DNA of 64,000 bases. Origin: Tubulanus polymorphus. Lineage: Eukaryota; Animalia; Nemertea. Below, piece by piece: positions 47,771 through 58,957 of the stretch. A model generated the notes under the pieces. The model saw only the letters and a program-made list of their open reading frames with translations. It did no database searches and was not told where the DNA came from. Where the stretch lies: assembly GCF_964204645.1 (NCBI RefSeq), contig NC_134032.1, positions 7,924,275-7,988,274 of the forward strand. The letters are read 5' to 3'. Numbering within the stretch: position 1 is the stretch's first letter; every line of letters starts with the position of its first letter. A program made the position numbers and the translations under genes.

Positions 47771-50700
47771 TTAGCATTTCGATAACAAAGGATCACTCTC
47801 ATGATTATGTCTGTCTACTGACGGTGACGTAGGTTTAACAGCTGCACCGATGCGACCGTACTTATATTCGTAAATGTACAATCCTAATAGTAGAACACCC
47901 TGAAAATATAATTAAATGACCTTAATCAAAAGTTTCGAATGCATTGTTGTTATAACATCCTCCTTCAGCAGGGATTCAAACCTGATGAGATCGCTAAGCC
48001 GAGCCTGACACAAAATTCTGCTACGGGATCATTCATTTATTAGGCTAAAAAAAATTGATACCTTGTTTCTCCGCTCTGCTGAGCTTAAATGTTGACCCGG
48101 CCAGCCGCCTATCTACCCTATACATTACTTTTTTAAAAATCGTGATCAATTTTACCATAACAGACCCGGCCGCTATAGAAATGAACTGTTTATAAATTTT
48201 ATCATATTTTACAAAAATGACCCGGCCGCTGCGGAGAAACAAGGTATCATTTTTGTTTAGCCTTACGTACGCATTAGGGGAGGTAAACTAAGACTGGAAA
48301 AAGCCAGGCTAGAATAAAACGTAATTTCTGATTGGCTCATAATGACATCATCTAAGCTGTGCATGTACATAGCTGCCCACACGGGCTTGTGACAGGGTTT
48401 TGTACCATGGCGAGTCTCGAAGCAATCAGGTTCGACTCCCTACCACGGGAGGATTTTTAGAAAATTTTCAAATTTTTAGAAAATTCCATTAATTTCTAGC
48501 CAGATATAGCTATCTATCAGTTATAGCATTATCATGCTATCATATATATCATTATCAAAGTCCCGAGAAAAGAAGTGAAGGCTGACTTGCTTAATGCAGC
48601 AAATCTATCAACATTTTGCTAGCCTAGATTGTAGGCTAAAAAATTGAAAAACAATTTTCAAAATTAACCGTCCAATTAGGAGAAACAAGGTATCATTTTC
48701 TTTTTAGCCTTATGGTAAAGCCCATCCATCTACACCCCAATCTTGCTTCAATTAGACCCTGGAAGTTGATTTCACTGGATGAGACAAATTATCGCCTAGA
48801 AAGTGAACAGATTTTCTAGTGCTCCGAAGTTCATGATTAGGAGGTTCCACTGTAAAAGAACCATAAGTTATACCAAGAATAGTTTTTTTACCGTAACAAA
48901 AGAAGCAATGGCAGCATAGGTCATCGCCCAATCAAATCCGACGTGGTCCAGTAATATTCCACCGAGTGCGGGGCCTAAAAAATCCCTGAAAAATATTCAA
49001 ACTTAATGTACACTGGTACTCACTCATACTGCATGTGATACTGGAAATGAAGGATAAATGTACACTCACCCTAAAGCATAAACTGTACCCCATAAAGATG
49101 CAACACTAGCATAAGTTGCAAAATTTTCTTCGAAACCAGCCAATCTGGAAATGAAAATCAAAGTTAAAGGATCAACCCTTTCGCTGCGTGCACTGCCAGT
49201 GCAAACTGCATTTTCCAAGAAAAATTTTGAATTTTTGATTTTATTTGATACAAAAATTGTCTCACATGTGTTTCTTTAATATTTGCATCATGCGAATTCA
49301 AGCTCAAAATCAATAGGTGCATGACGTTTGAAAACGTCATACGCACACAAGGTGCCACTCGCATGAGTTTTTCAAGGTCATGCGCAGCAAAAGGGTTAAA
49401 CCTCTAAAACAAATCTATAAAACTAGTCCCAGGGGTCATAGTTCAACCTGATATTTAAAATCGGCCACAGGGGCTGAAGTTAAAAAAGGTAATTAAAACC
49501 AGCCCAGAATTTATAAATTCAACTGGTATACGAGACCAACCACCACGGGTTTAAAAGCCGATTGAAACCAGGCCAGGGGAACCTAGGGGAGAGAAGATAT
49601 TCTATCGTACTTACTCAGCCGAGTCAAGAATGCTTTCAAACGACGGGACGAGAGCTAAACCGGCGGTTACTCCCAGAACCCCCAATGTTAGTATTATCAA
49701 CCATAACTCACTGAAACAAGAAAAAGAAATCCACATAATTAACAATTGAATATTAAGAGAAATATTATGACGGTCTATATCATTCGGTCTAGCTCGGAAT
49801 GCAGTGTTCGGAAAACACAACTTACTCTGTTTGTATAAAACTGAAGACAGGAGCAGGTCCCAGGAATGATAACGTGATGGCAGTGGCGAAAAATCCGACA
49901 GTTAATAGGATTTTACTGTCTTTCTGTAGATAATGAGATAAGATCATAATATATACAAGTCGTTAACTAATAAGTTAATGTCAAGAGCAAAGAAAGGGAG
50001 AAAGAGGAGAGAGGAGGGAGTTCGGGAAGAGAGAGGAAACAGAGAAGAGAATAAAGATAAAATGAGTTCATGATTTGTTCTCGTATTAACTAACACGAAA
50101 TCTTGGTGCACTGCATAGTATTTAAGCGTGTTCAACTTACATGATATACTGGATTCACTGGATTCTAGGAAAATTCCCCCGGACAATTGCCCCCCCGCCC
50201 GAAGTAAATTTTAACCCTAAAGTAGCACATATACTAACTTCTGATAACCCTAAAGTAGCACATATACTGACTTCTGATAAATTAGACTAACTAACTTAGA
50301 ACTAACTAAATTTTGACTAGCTAACTAACTTTAGCTAAACTTTATTAAACACTAAAACTCATTCCAATAAATTAGTCACTAATAAGTGGACTAACTAAGT
50401 TTCCTTTGATTTGGTAAGTGGATTATAATTACTTGAGGATGGATTTTAAAGGTTTTGATCTGCTAAAGTAGCACTATAACTAATTCAGATAAATTTATTG
50501 ATATATGTATTTAGGTGGTGTTAATCCAGGTTGTCCTGATAGGGATATACGGATACATGGTAATTGGGTTTTCCCTATGACTCACTAGCACATGTCAGTA
50601 CAGTCAATACTCCTAAATAATACTTTTATATATGTATGTTCTTGATAATGACATCACTGGGATAGCCCTTCAGTATCCAACATTGACCTTGGATACTGAA

Positions 50701-53700
50701 TGGCTTTCCCAGTGATGTCATTATCAAGAAACAAGGTCAAGCAACAATTAGTAGAATGGGAAAAAAAATCATTGAAATTTTGCTAATTTTCTCCCAGTAC
50801 GTGTACTTCAAAATGGACGAAAATGTCCATTTCCCACCTAATGACAAAACATCAGGTGCATACATATATACCCAGTGGTTACAATTTGTATCAACAAGAG
50901 CTGATAAAAACGGATCAACTCATCCTGATAAGGGGGAAAGTGAGAGGGGGATCGTGAACAAGAATGGATAGGGAGTGTGCAAGGGTGAAGGAAAAGGGAA
51001 TGTAGAGGTGGGAGCAGGAGAAAAGAGAAGACGAAGCCAAGGGCTGAATTTTTTCGAGATTCGTAGATTACCGTTTTCTCGGCGAGCCATCCCCATAACG
51101 GCGACGATATCGCGTAACTAGCCGATGTCAACAGAAACAATAACCCGACTACGCTGACGCTGAGGTTAAACTAAAATAAAATAAGATATAGCTATATAAA
51201 TATTTAGATAGTTCCGATAAACTAGACGATCAAATTCAAATAATTGCTTAGACTTACCGATCTGACGTGTGGTTCGAGCATCGGGTCCAACATCGCCCAA
51301 ACGGCGCTGATTATAGTTATCGAAAATAATACTACGAATATCGATGGGATTTTCAGCAGATTCACCATCGGCAAACTGACCATATTGCGGTCCTCTACAA
51401 AGTATTAGTCGTTAAGAGATTAACTACCACCGTAAACCTGTGCGTCGGTTCGAATCGGAACTGGTTAGGGATCAGTTGTACTAAGAATAAGGAACAGTTA
51501 ATCATATGATAACTGAGATAGTGCCAAATGAAACTTAATTGTTAATATGTCAGTTAGCCATGGGTTAACATCAACCTTTAAGGAACTGAGCCTAGCAGGG
51601 GCGGATCCAGCGAAAGAAGAAAAGGCATTCTTGAAAATCAGCTGCGACAAAGGCCACGTGGGGGGGGGCACCCTCCATGTTAAATATTCTTGAAAAATAC
51701 ATCCGTAAAGAAGCAATTTCTGAGAAGATTAATGTCAAATTTTCAGTGACATTGACATTAGATTGGCTCTCAGGTTAAAACTGGTCTATCAAACCAGCAC
51801 CTGGATGGTAATTCAAATTCTCATTTTGAAATCGATTTCGTTTAACACAAAAATTTCGAGAAAGATATTCCGCGGATATTCCAAGGAATCGTAAAAAGAA
51901 TCTTACCTACAAAATCGGGAATTAGAAAATGATTCAAAATAACGACTAAAATCATGAATCCTCCGATAACGGCGAATGGCAAATAAAAGCCACCAAGCTG
52001 AAAAATTCAATTCTATAATCTAGAGATCTGATGAGTTAAAAAGAGTCAACACAAAAATTGGCAATCGACTTACATACCCCGTAAAATAGGCCACCGACGG
52101 TAGGTCCTACCATCAGCCCTATACCTACACATGTTTCTGTGATACCCTAAAAATATCATCAGACAGAAAATTGAATGAATATGGTTAGGTGGTCTCTGAA
52201 CTCGATTTGTTAGGTTCAAGATGAACTCCATCCACGAAATCCCTCGCTGTGATATCAAAATCATGGAAATTCCAACTAGAGTCCCAGGGAGACAATGCCC
52301 ACTTGGAATGTGGTTTAAAATGCTCAACACTCATAGAACAGGTCATAAGCTACAACTTTGCAGTCGATTGCGGATACAAAATATGCATAGGTACCAATAT
52401 AAATAGACAAATTGTATATGAATCGTTGATCAAAAATATCACGACTATCAACTACAAACTGTTTCCTCATAAAACCACGAATGAGGACTGATGACACTCA
52501 GATGGCTGCCAATTACGTGATTATTCACTAATCGCAAAACCCGTCTGATATGCTAAAGATCCCTGCCCAAAGAATACCCTCACAAATTTCAAGGAAAAAA
52601 TAAATCATTAGGAAGCTACAGGTCTTGGAATTCTTGACCTTTTGGGTACAGAAAGGTCACAATACGGACATCTTCAGTCCCATCGACCTAGTTTTTCTAA
52701 TGTCGACGGACCCAAGGGGGATGTGAAACATCAAGATAATTGATCGAAGCGTCTTCAAAGATTCCCTGAAAAACTTCACAGACAAACAACTTCAATGGCC
52801 ACCAGTCAGCCATGTTGATTCATGCCGAGCCAATTTTTGGGCTGAAGATGTGTCCAGGGTAGATACCCGTAGCAACAAAATATCAATCCCTTGTAGCGAG
52901 TTCAAAACTTCCCTGAATAACTGGATTCCATCTGCGGACAAAAGTGATTGCATTAGCCTGCTGGGGCTTAAAACGATCAAATGATGGCTCCGTACGAGGG
53001 ATCGGTTTTGGTATCAGCTAAGAATCAGCTCGATCACGCATGAAAACATCGTAGATATACAAAAGTACTTACAAAAACGAACGAAATATTGTCCGGATAT
53101 AAACTGGCCGTCAATACGAAGCTAGCTGTTGTTTGAGCCGTGCAACCGATCGCTAGAAATATACGCACGATAAAACACATCACGGCGAATATAACGCCTC
53201 CGTCGTCGGAGGGAAGATCGGCGAGAAATCTGAAAAAAAAAATCACATTCGTAAATCAAATTTAGAAAATACCGGTATACATCGGGGATCGGTTTTCGTG
53301 GTATCCCGAGGGTGGAAGATTTTTAGTCCAGATACAAAAAACTGATGTGAAACCATCCCAACTGGATACAATAAATATCCGATTTTACCAATAGGAGATT
53401 GTTATTTTAATCCTTTCCTATGTTTTCTTGACTAGAAACTCAAATCAAGGCAAACTGGAAAACCTTGTTGTCGTGATTATGATACAGCTTGGAAGTAATA
53501 TTTCCGACAGAGCGATTACTCCAAGGTCGAATAATGTCCAGTTCACCAACCCTGAGTCTGATTCTGAAGTCAAATCATAATTTAACCTAGCCTTCCTCAT
53601 ATCTGAGTCCGCGCCGTGGAACTAGAGAGTTGGAAAGGGGATTGATTTGAATAAGAGGGTTTAATTTTTAACGTACCCGAAACAAATCGTGCAAACTCCA

Positions 53701-56700
53701 CCTAACAGTAATCCGCCTTGATAGAGAAATCTCGATCCGGTATAGTGTATCTAAATTGTTAAACCACGAATTGAAGTACAAGCTAGAATAAAATCCTTCG
53801 AATCCTTGGATAGATCCGACGACGAAATCAGGCATTAAATCAAAACTGGATTCAAATTCTTACCAGTTTTCCGAACAACGGGGTGGTTAGACATTGCACT
53901 AGAGCGAAGACTCCGAAAATCCAGCCGGTGATCGAGTTCGTTAAACCTTTGTCATTAGCCTGAAAAATAAACATCAACATTGTAGATCGAAAATCAACTG
54001 CATTCTTAAAATTGGCTTTCCCGAACCAATCAATCACATTAATGATGTGACTTGACAGTTGGTTTTTGCGCTAGTTGAAATCAGTTCATTTTCAATATTT
54101 GAACAGGATTCTAGACTCGTGAATTGATATCCTACAGAGCACCAATGACACCCGGTGGATCCTCACTTGCCACAGGTGGATCCTCACTTGCCACAGGTGG
54201 ATCAATGATACTAGTAACACGCGGAGGATCTTCACTTGCCACAAGCCGAATCCTCGCTTACATCAGTCGCACAGAGAAAAAGCCCATTAATTTCTCAAAA
54301 TCCAAACGAGCTTCGAATTAATATCGAAAACATCGATTACCTCGCGTGGAAAGAACGGTCCGAGCACCGACAAACAGATGTAACTTATGAAGTCGCTGAG
54401 GCCTAAACTCAACATGACGCGGCGTTGCGTCGAAGTCAGACGCCTGAACGAAAACGGTTTGTATTCGTCGTCCGTATCACGCGACGATCCGGCAACATTC
54501 TCCGACGACCCGGCGGCGGTAACCCCCAACAACTCGGCATCGTTGTCCTGGTACCCGCTATCGATTGTCTGGTAATCGTTAGACTCGGTAAAGTCGTTGA
54601 ATATGACGCACGTTCGACCGGCGCGATGATTTTTACTCGAGAATTCCTCGTTGTCATCGCGTGGTCCATTTATTGACCGTGCGACCGAGCCGTAGTAGTT
54701 ATCGCTAAAATATGGCGCCGACTTCGACACCTGTTTATTTCTGTCGTCCGTTCCATTGATTGTGTTTTTGCTGTTGCGAATAGCGTAACCCCGTTCAACC
54801 GGATCTGAAAAGATGTTTTTAAAATTAGATCGTAAGAGCCAATTCTGGAAAATTAATATGAAATAGATATAGTCAACCAGCGATATACTGCCCTCCTAAA
54901 TACCGCCACCCCTGCCTACCACAGGTGACAAATTTTTGATCCAGTTCCTTTCCAAAATTGGAGATTACGCGTAGCCTATATGAATTTCGAGTGTAAATTA
55001 GTTTATTTCCTATAGTATAATACCAAAAATACATGAATTTTTGATAATACGCAATGAAAGAACTGCGAGACTGTATCAGGTTCCTTACAGATCGGTCATT
55101 CCTGAATATAAGGAATCCATATTACTTTCATATCCCAATTACAGTAGACTCCTCCTAAATCGGTACTGTTTATCTCGTTAAACCATTCGTTCAGTGGTTT
55201 TGTAAGCAAATTTTTATCCTTCACAACTAAACTTAATTCTTATTTGGTAACTGCTGAATTAGTATTGTACCGAATTGTACCGATTAAGGAATAAGTTTTC
55301 TGTACTTTATTGTACTATATAGTTTTCTGTACTATTCTGTTCTAACTAGACAAACGTTTATGTACAACTATATATAACGCCAATCAATTTCCGTTTTATA
55401 CGTAGACGAAACGGAAAGTAAACGTTACCGACGTTAAGCTGATTCTAAGCTGTACCCGTAGCTGATTCTTCCTATTTACAGCAAAATATTTTCACTCCGG
55501 CACACGGGAATGACACAGATCCTGATTGGCTGGCAAATTGTGAACAAACTCAGCTTCATTCTCAACGCTCATTAGTCAATTTTAAACAAAGGCCGACTAT
55601 GTAACAGCCCCAGTGGCAAGAATATATCCATAGCAGCACTTGGGGGTAGCACCGTATTATCGAGCCAGCAGTGGACCCGTTAAAAATCTAAAATGACAAA
55701 GTGTAATAAGTTCCTTGTAGGCTTACCCACCATTCTTTAATGAAGACATTTTCCGATTATGTTGAGGTCTTAGACAGCTTCATTTTTGCAGGTCTAGCTC
55801 AATGTCGATTTTCATGCACTAAAATTGTCACAACAATCAGTACTGAAAAAAATGAGTTAAGTTATAGACCTAACAAGAAAAATGAAAAAATTGGAAACAA
55901 TGATAAAGCTTTGAATTAGGGGTTTTCTGCCATAGGCCTATTGTCAGAAGCCAAACTTAAAGAAATTAAGCCAAGAATCTATATACCATAGCTATACCAA
56001 CCGAACGAGAGTTCATGATTAGATCAAACACGCAGGAATATTTTATCACGACTGACGGTGACACTCACTTTAGCTAGACGTAGGTCAAGTGATCAGAGAG
56101 TGACAAACTTTTATCTATAAAAAACCCATGACTTGAAAAACAACAGATCATAATCACCTGGGTCTTTTAGTCTATTCAACTTTACGCGCAAGTCCTTTTT
56201 CACGGATCTGATCGGTATCTTGCGGGAAGCCCTAAGCCATGTGCGAGGAAGTGGGTAGGATTTTAAAGAAAATACATAGTATACATTGTAATTTCCACAA
56301 AAAAATATTCAATAAAAATAATTTCAATACGAGATCGTAATTCTTTAAAACAATTCTTAGGCCCTAATTTATCTATCAGCGTTTCAATGCTTGGAGAACT
56401 TCTTAAGGAGTCTGTGCTGTTTTGCCATATCATTGGTACATTTTTTGTAAAGATCTATTGTATAAACTAGTGTTATGTGTTATGTGTATGTTATGCCTAA
56501 GCCTATTCTGGGCTGGTTTCTTTGACGGGTGGTGTTTAGAGTAAAATAATTTCCATTAAATATATCTAAGACCGGCGCAGGTAATTCGGATTTACTGAAG
56601 TTATATGCAGTTTTTAACATTTCAAGGTTGATTAGATCACTTAGCTTTAATATTTTTAGTCACTCGAATACGACTGGGATGATGGAGAGTAAGCTGCTGA

Positions 56701-58957
56701 ATTATTGATACAAAACACAGGACCCGGTTCCGTAGTTGTGATTTAGAGTTAACTCTGAGTTGAATATTAACTCGGAACTGTGGAACTGGATCCTGCACTT
56801 GGGACTATAGTCCCGTGAGGGCAATTGCATTCACTTTTCGTCCGTCGTCCATTCGTTCGTCCATCTGAAGGCGGAATCCAGTTATCTTGGTTATTGTAGA
56901 ATTACCCGATTCAAAATGGCGTCCAATTAAAAAACAGAAGGATTTCAGGCCAAAGAATTGCCTATAAAACAACTTTCCGATAGTCAAATCATAAAATAAA
57001 GTGGGCAATTGGATTCCACGGAGGATTTTCTGTCTAGAAAGATACCTCCCAAATAGATAGAGTGCATCATTTCGGTAGGTGCGGATCGCACTTTTACCGA
57101 AACTTTTTGCGTCAGGTCCCTGTGGTGTGGGTACCTAGGATACTAGTTCAAATCTGTTGATTTTGGACCACCAGCTATCGTGACAAGCCCCTGTGCCAAC
57201 GATTAGGTAAAACTAACAAACTAAAATAGTTAGTAGGTATTCAGTAACCTGCCTGTGCTATAGTTTAGTTTTTTTAGTATAGTCTGACGTAGTAACCTTT
57301 CTGTGGTTAAGTTTCACGATCGTTGGTTCCGATTCCACTTAAGCAAGTTGTTCACCAAATTTCTGCTGATGTGCCTAATTGTAAGCCGGCATCCAGCTTG
57401 AAAACTGAGACAGTGTATTCGGTGGATCACCTTAAATAAGAAGTGCATATAGTATCCGTGAGATCATTGAATATTTATCCCCTAAGGTATCTGGCTATGC
57501 CTACATGCAGAAACTATTATGTAAACTTGATCTTGCTAGTGTCTGGGGAAACCATGGTAGGCCTACTAATTCCCGTGCAAGGACGGTCTGCAGGCTTCAG
57601 GGTTAAAAAGGCACTCGAAGATGCTTACTCTAAAAGCTAGCAAGATACAAGCTCTAAACTTAGAACTTACAAAATTTTCAAAGAATCTTTCAGCTTAAAG
57701 AATTATCTTCTTTTTGATGCCTCTACTCTGTACGGAAAACTAACCAAGCTACGAGTCAGTTACCATAAACTTAGAATTGAAACAGACCGTCACGCTAGAC
57801 CATGCGTTCCTCAAAACATGTGATTTGAGCATATCCGTCGCAAATGAGGATTATTTCCTTCTTCATTGCCAAATGTATAATATCAGGCAATCTAAATTAT
57901 ACATTGACCTTGCCAGATTTTCCACATTTGATTAGAATCATAACTGTAATAAGGACAAGATAGCCTTTCTATTGGGCAGTAATGACAGTGAAATGATGAA
58001 GTATGTTCAACAGTTTATTTCTGACTATTTCTGTATTAGGAACTTGAGATTGTTTGGTGTACTACCGAAATAATAGGCCTACCATAATTTCTCGTTATCA
58101 CTGTATTAAGATGTACAGATGCTGATTTGGAAGTCCCGACGTCTTTCATACGCTTTCAGAAGATATTGCTGACGAATAGGCCATCTAGAGTTGTATTGAA
58201 ATTGTAACACCCAGCCGCTGATTGCTATTTTCGTTCAATGTTATATTAGTGAAATACACTGGAGGATATGTGTTAAACCGACGTAGCCTACTTATTTCAA
58301 ATTGATAAAGTGTGTTTTTTATTTCGTTCAAACACCATAATGTTTTGTTCTCACTTCTGACTGCGTTTCGTGTTTTGAGTTATGCGTTTACCTTCCTTCA
58401 GTAAATGCATATGTGTAGTGCCGACCTGACGACGCTAATATGACATAAACAAAGACGATTTACGCAATTGACTTTGCGCAAGGGGCACTATTTCGACGTA
58501 TATCGGACTTGGGCCTAACTAATTCAGTAGGCCTACTACTACTTCACCCAGCACTGGCAGTGGTTGTCTCCACCAGTGAATGTTTGAGGTTTGTAAAGAG
58601 TAAAGAGAGTTTATTTTTCACAATCGGTTTGGTGAAACTGGATTTATGGTGGTTTAAAGTCACAGTGATTTAAGAGTATTGAGAAAATGTCGTTCGCATC
58701 TTATTGTCTGTGGTACATCAGACACTAAGATTCTTGGTGAAACTACTACCTGACTTTACTACCACAACCTGACAACACACTACGACACAGGACGGGACCC
58801 CGTGTTCAAACCTGAAATTTATCATTTTCTCCACGATGTCAGTTTGTATGGATTAAATTCAATGCTAGGTCTTACCAGGATATAACCGATCTAACCTCTT
58901 TTGAAGGTTGCACTCAGTTTGATGATGTTTGATTACATATTTTCCCGTAGGCCTCAT
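47771..58957 (-). CDS. SLC18B1: MFS-type transporter SLC18B1-like (vesicular polyamine transporter family); 14 coding exons, about 586 aa
   Basis: Exons (minus): 58957-58876, 54804-54341, 53959-53864, 53750-53677, 53229-53073, 52146-52078, 51997-51907, 51394-51258, 51170-51072, 49923-49826, 49710-49615, 49144-49070, 48985-48892, 47899-47771. Total 1761 nt, phases consistent. Motifs: SVLGPFFPREANDKG, GWIFGVFAL, GLMVGPTVGG..Y.LGGF.LPF, LDPMLEPH, LGPALGG, plus multiple hydrophobic TM segments. The first exon (MRPTGK..) is less certain. Confidence 0.9.
47956..48455. mobile_element. CATCCTC family MITE interrupted by a Harbinger-type MITE (48043-48262, TTA TSD)
   Basis: Outer TIRs CATCCTCCTTCAGCAGGGATTCAAACCTGAT / ATCAGGTTCGACTCCCTACCACGGGAGGAT. 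Inner GGCTAAA..TGATACCTTGTTTCTCCGC / GCGGAGAAACAAGGTATCA..TTTAGCC. Confidence 0.75.
49176..49395. mobile_element. piggyBac-type MITE
   Basis: TCAA|CCCTTTCGCTGCG ... CGCAGCAAAAGGG|TTAA. Confidence 0.7.
50639..50730. repeat. Hairpin with about 42-bp arms and 8-nt loop (SLC18B1 intron)
   Basis: TTCTTGATAATGACATCACTGGGATAGCCCTTCAGTATCCAA / TTGGATACTGAATGGCTTTCCCAGTGATGTCATTATCAAGAA, 2 mismatches. Confidence 0.9.
52274..52973 (-). mobile_element. HINE family B copy (SLC18B1 intron); a further 5' fragment lies at about 56796-56930
   Basis: aactagagtcccaggga..atgcccacttgg at one end and ataactggattccatctgcggac..gggcttaaaa at the other, homologous to 32146-33406. Confidence 0.75.
54154..54243. repeat. 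21-bp tandem repeat (about 3 copies)
   Basis: GGTGGATCCTCACTTGCCACA x2 plus a spaced variant. Confidence 0.8.
57645..58110 (+). mobile_element. Decayed LINE 3' end (RTE-X-like C-terminal region)
   Basis: SKLRTYKIFKESFSLKNYL..LTKLRVSYHKLRIETDRH..EDYFLLHCQMY resembles the KLRTY..L.KLR.S.H.L.IETGR..EDE.HFLL.C motif. Confidence 0.65.

Noticed and set aside
47982-48020. Additional hammerheads at CTGATGA/CTGACGA (also 3920, 29086, 44409, 58426)
   Set aside because: No stem II followed by GAAA at the right spacing.
54287-54730. GTG-initiated 147-aa standalone ORF
   Set aside because: It is part of exon 2 of the SLC18B1-like gene, with acceptor at 54805 and donor at 54340.
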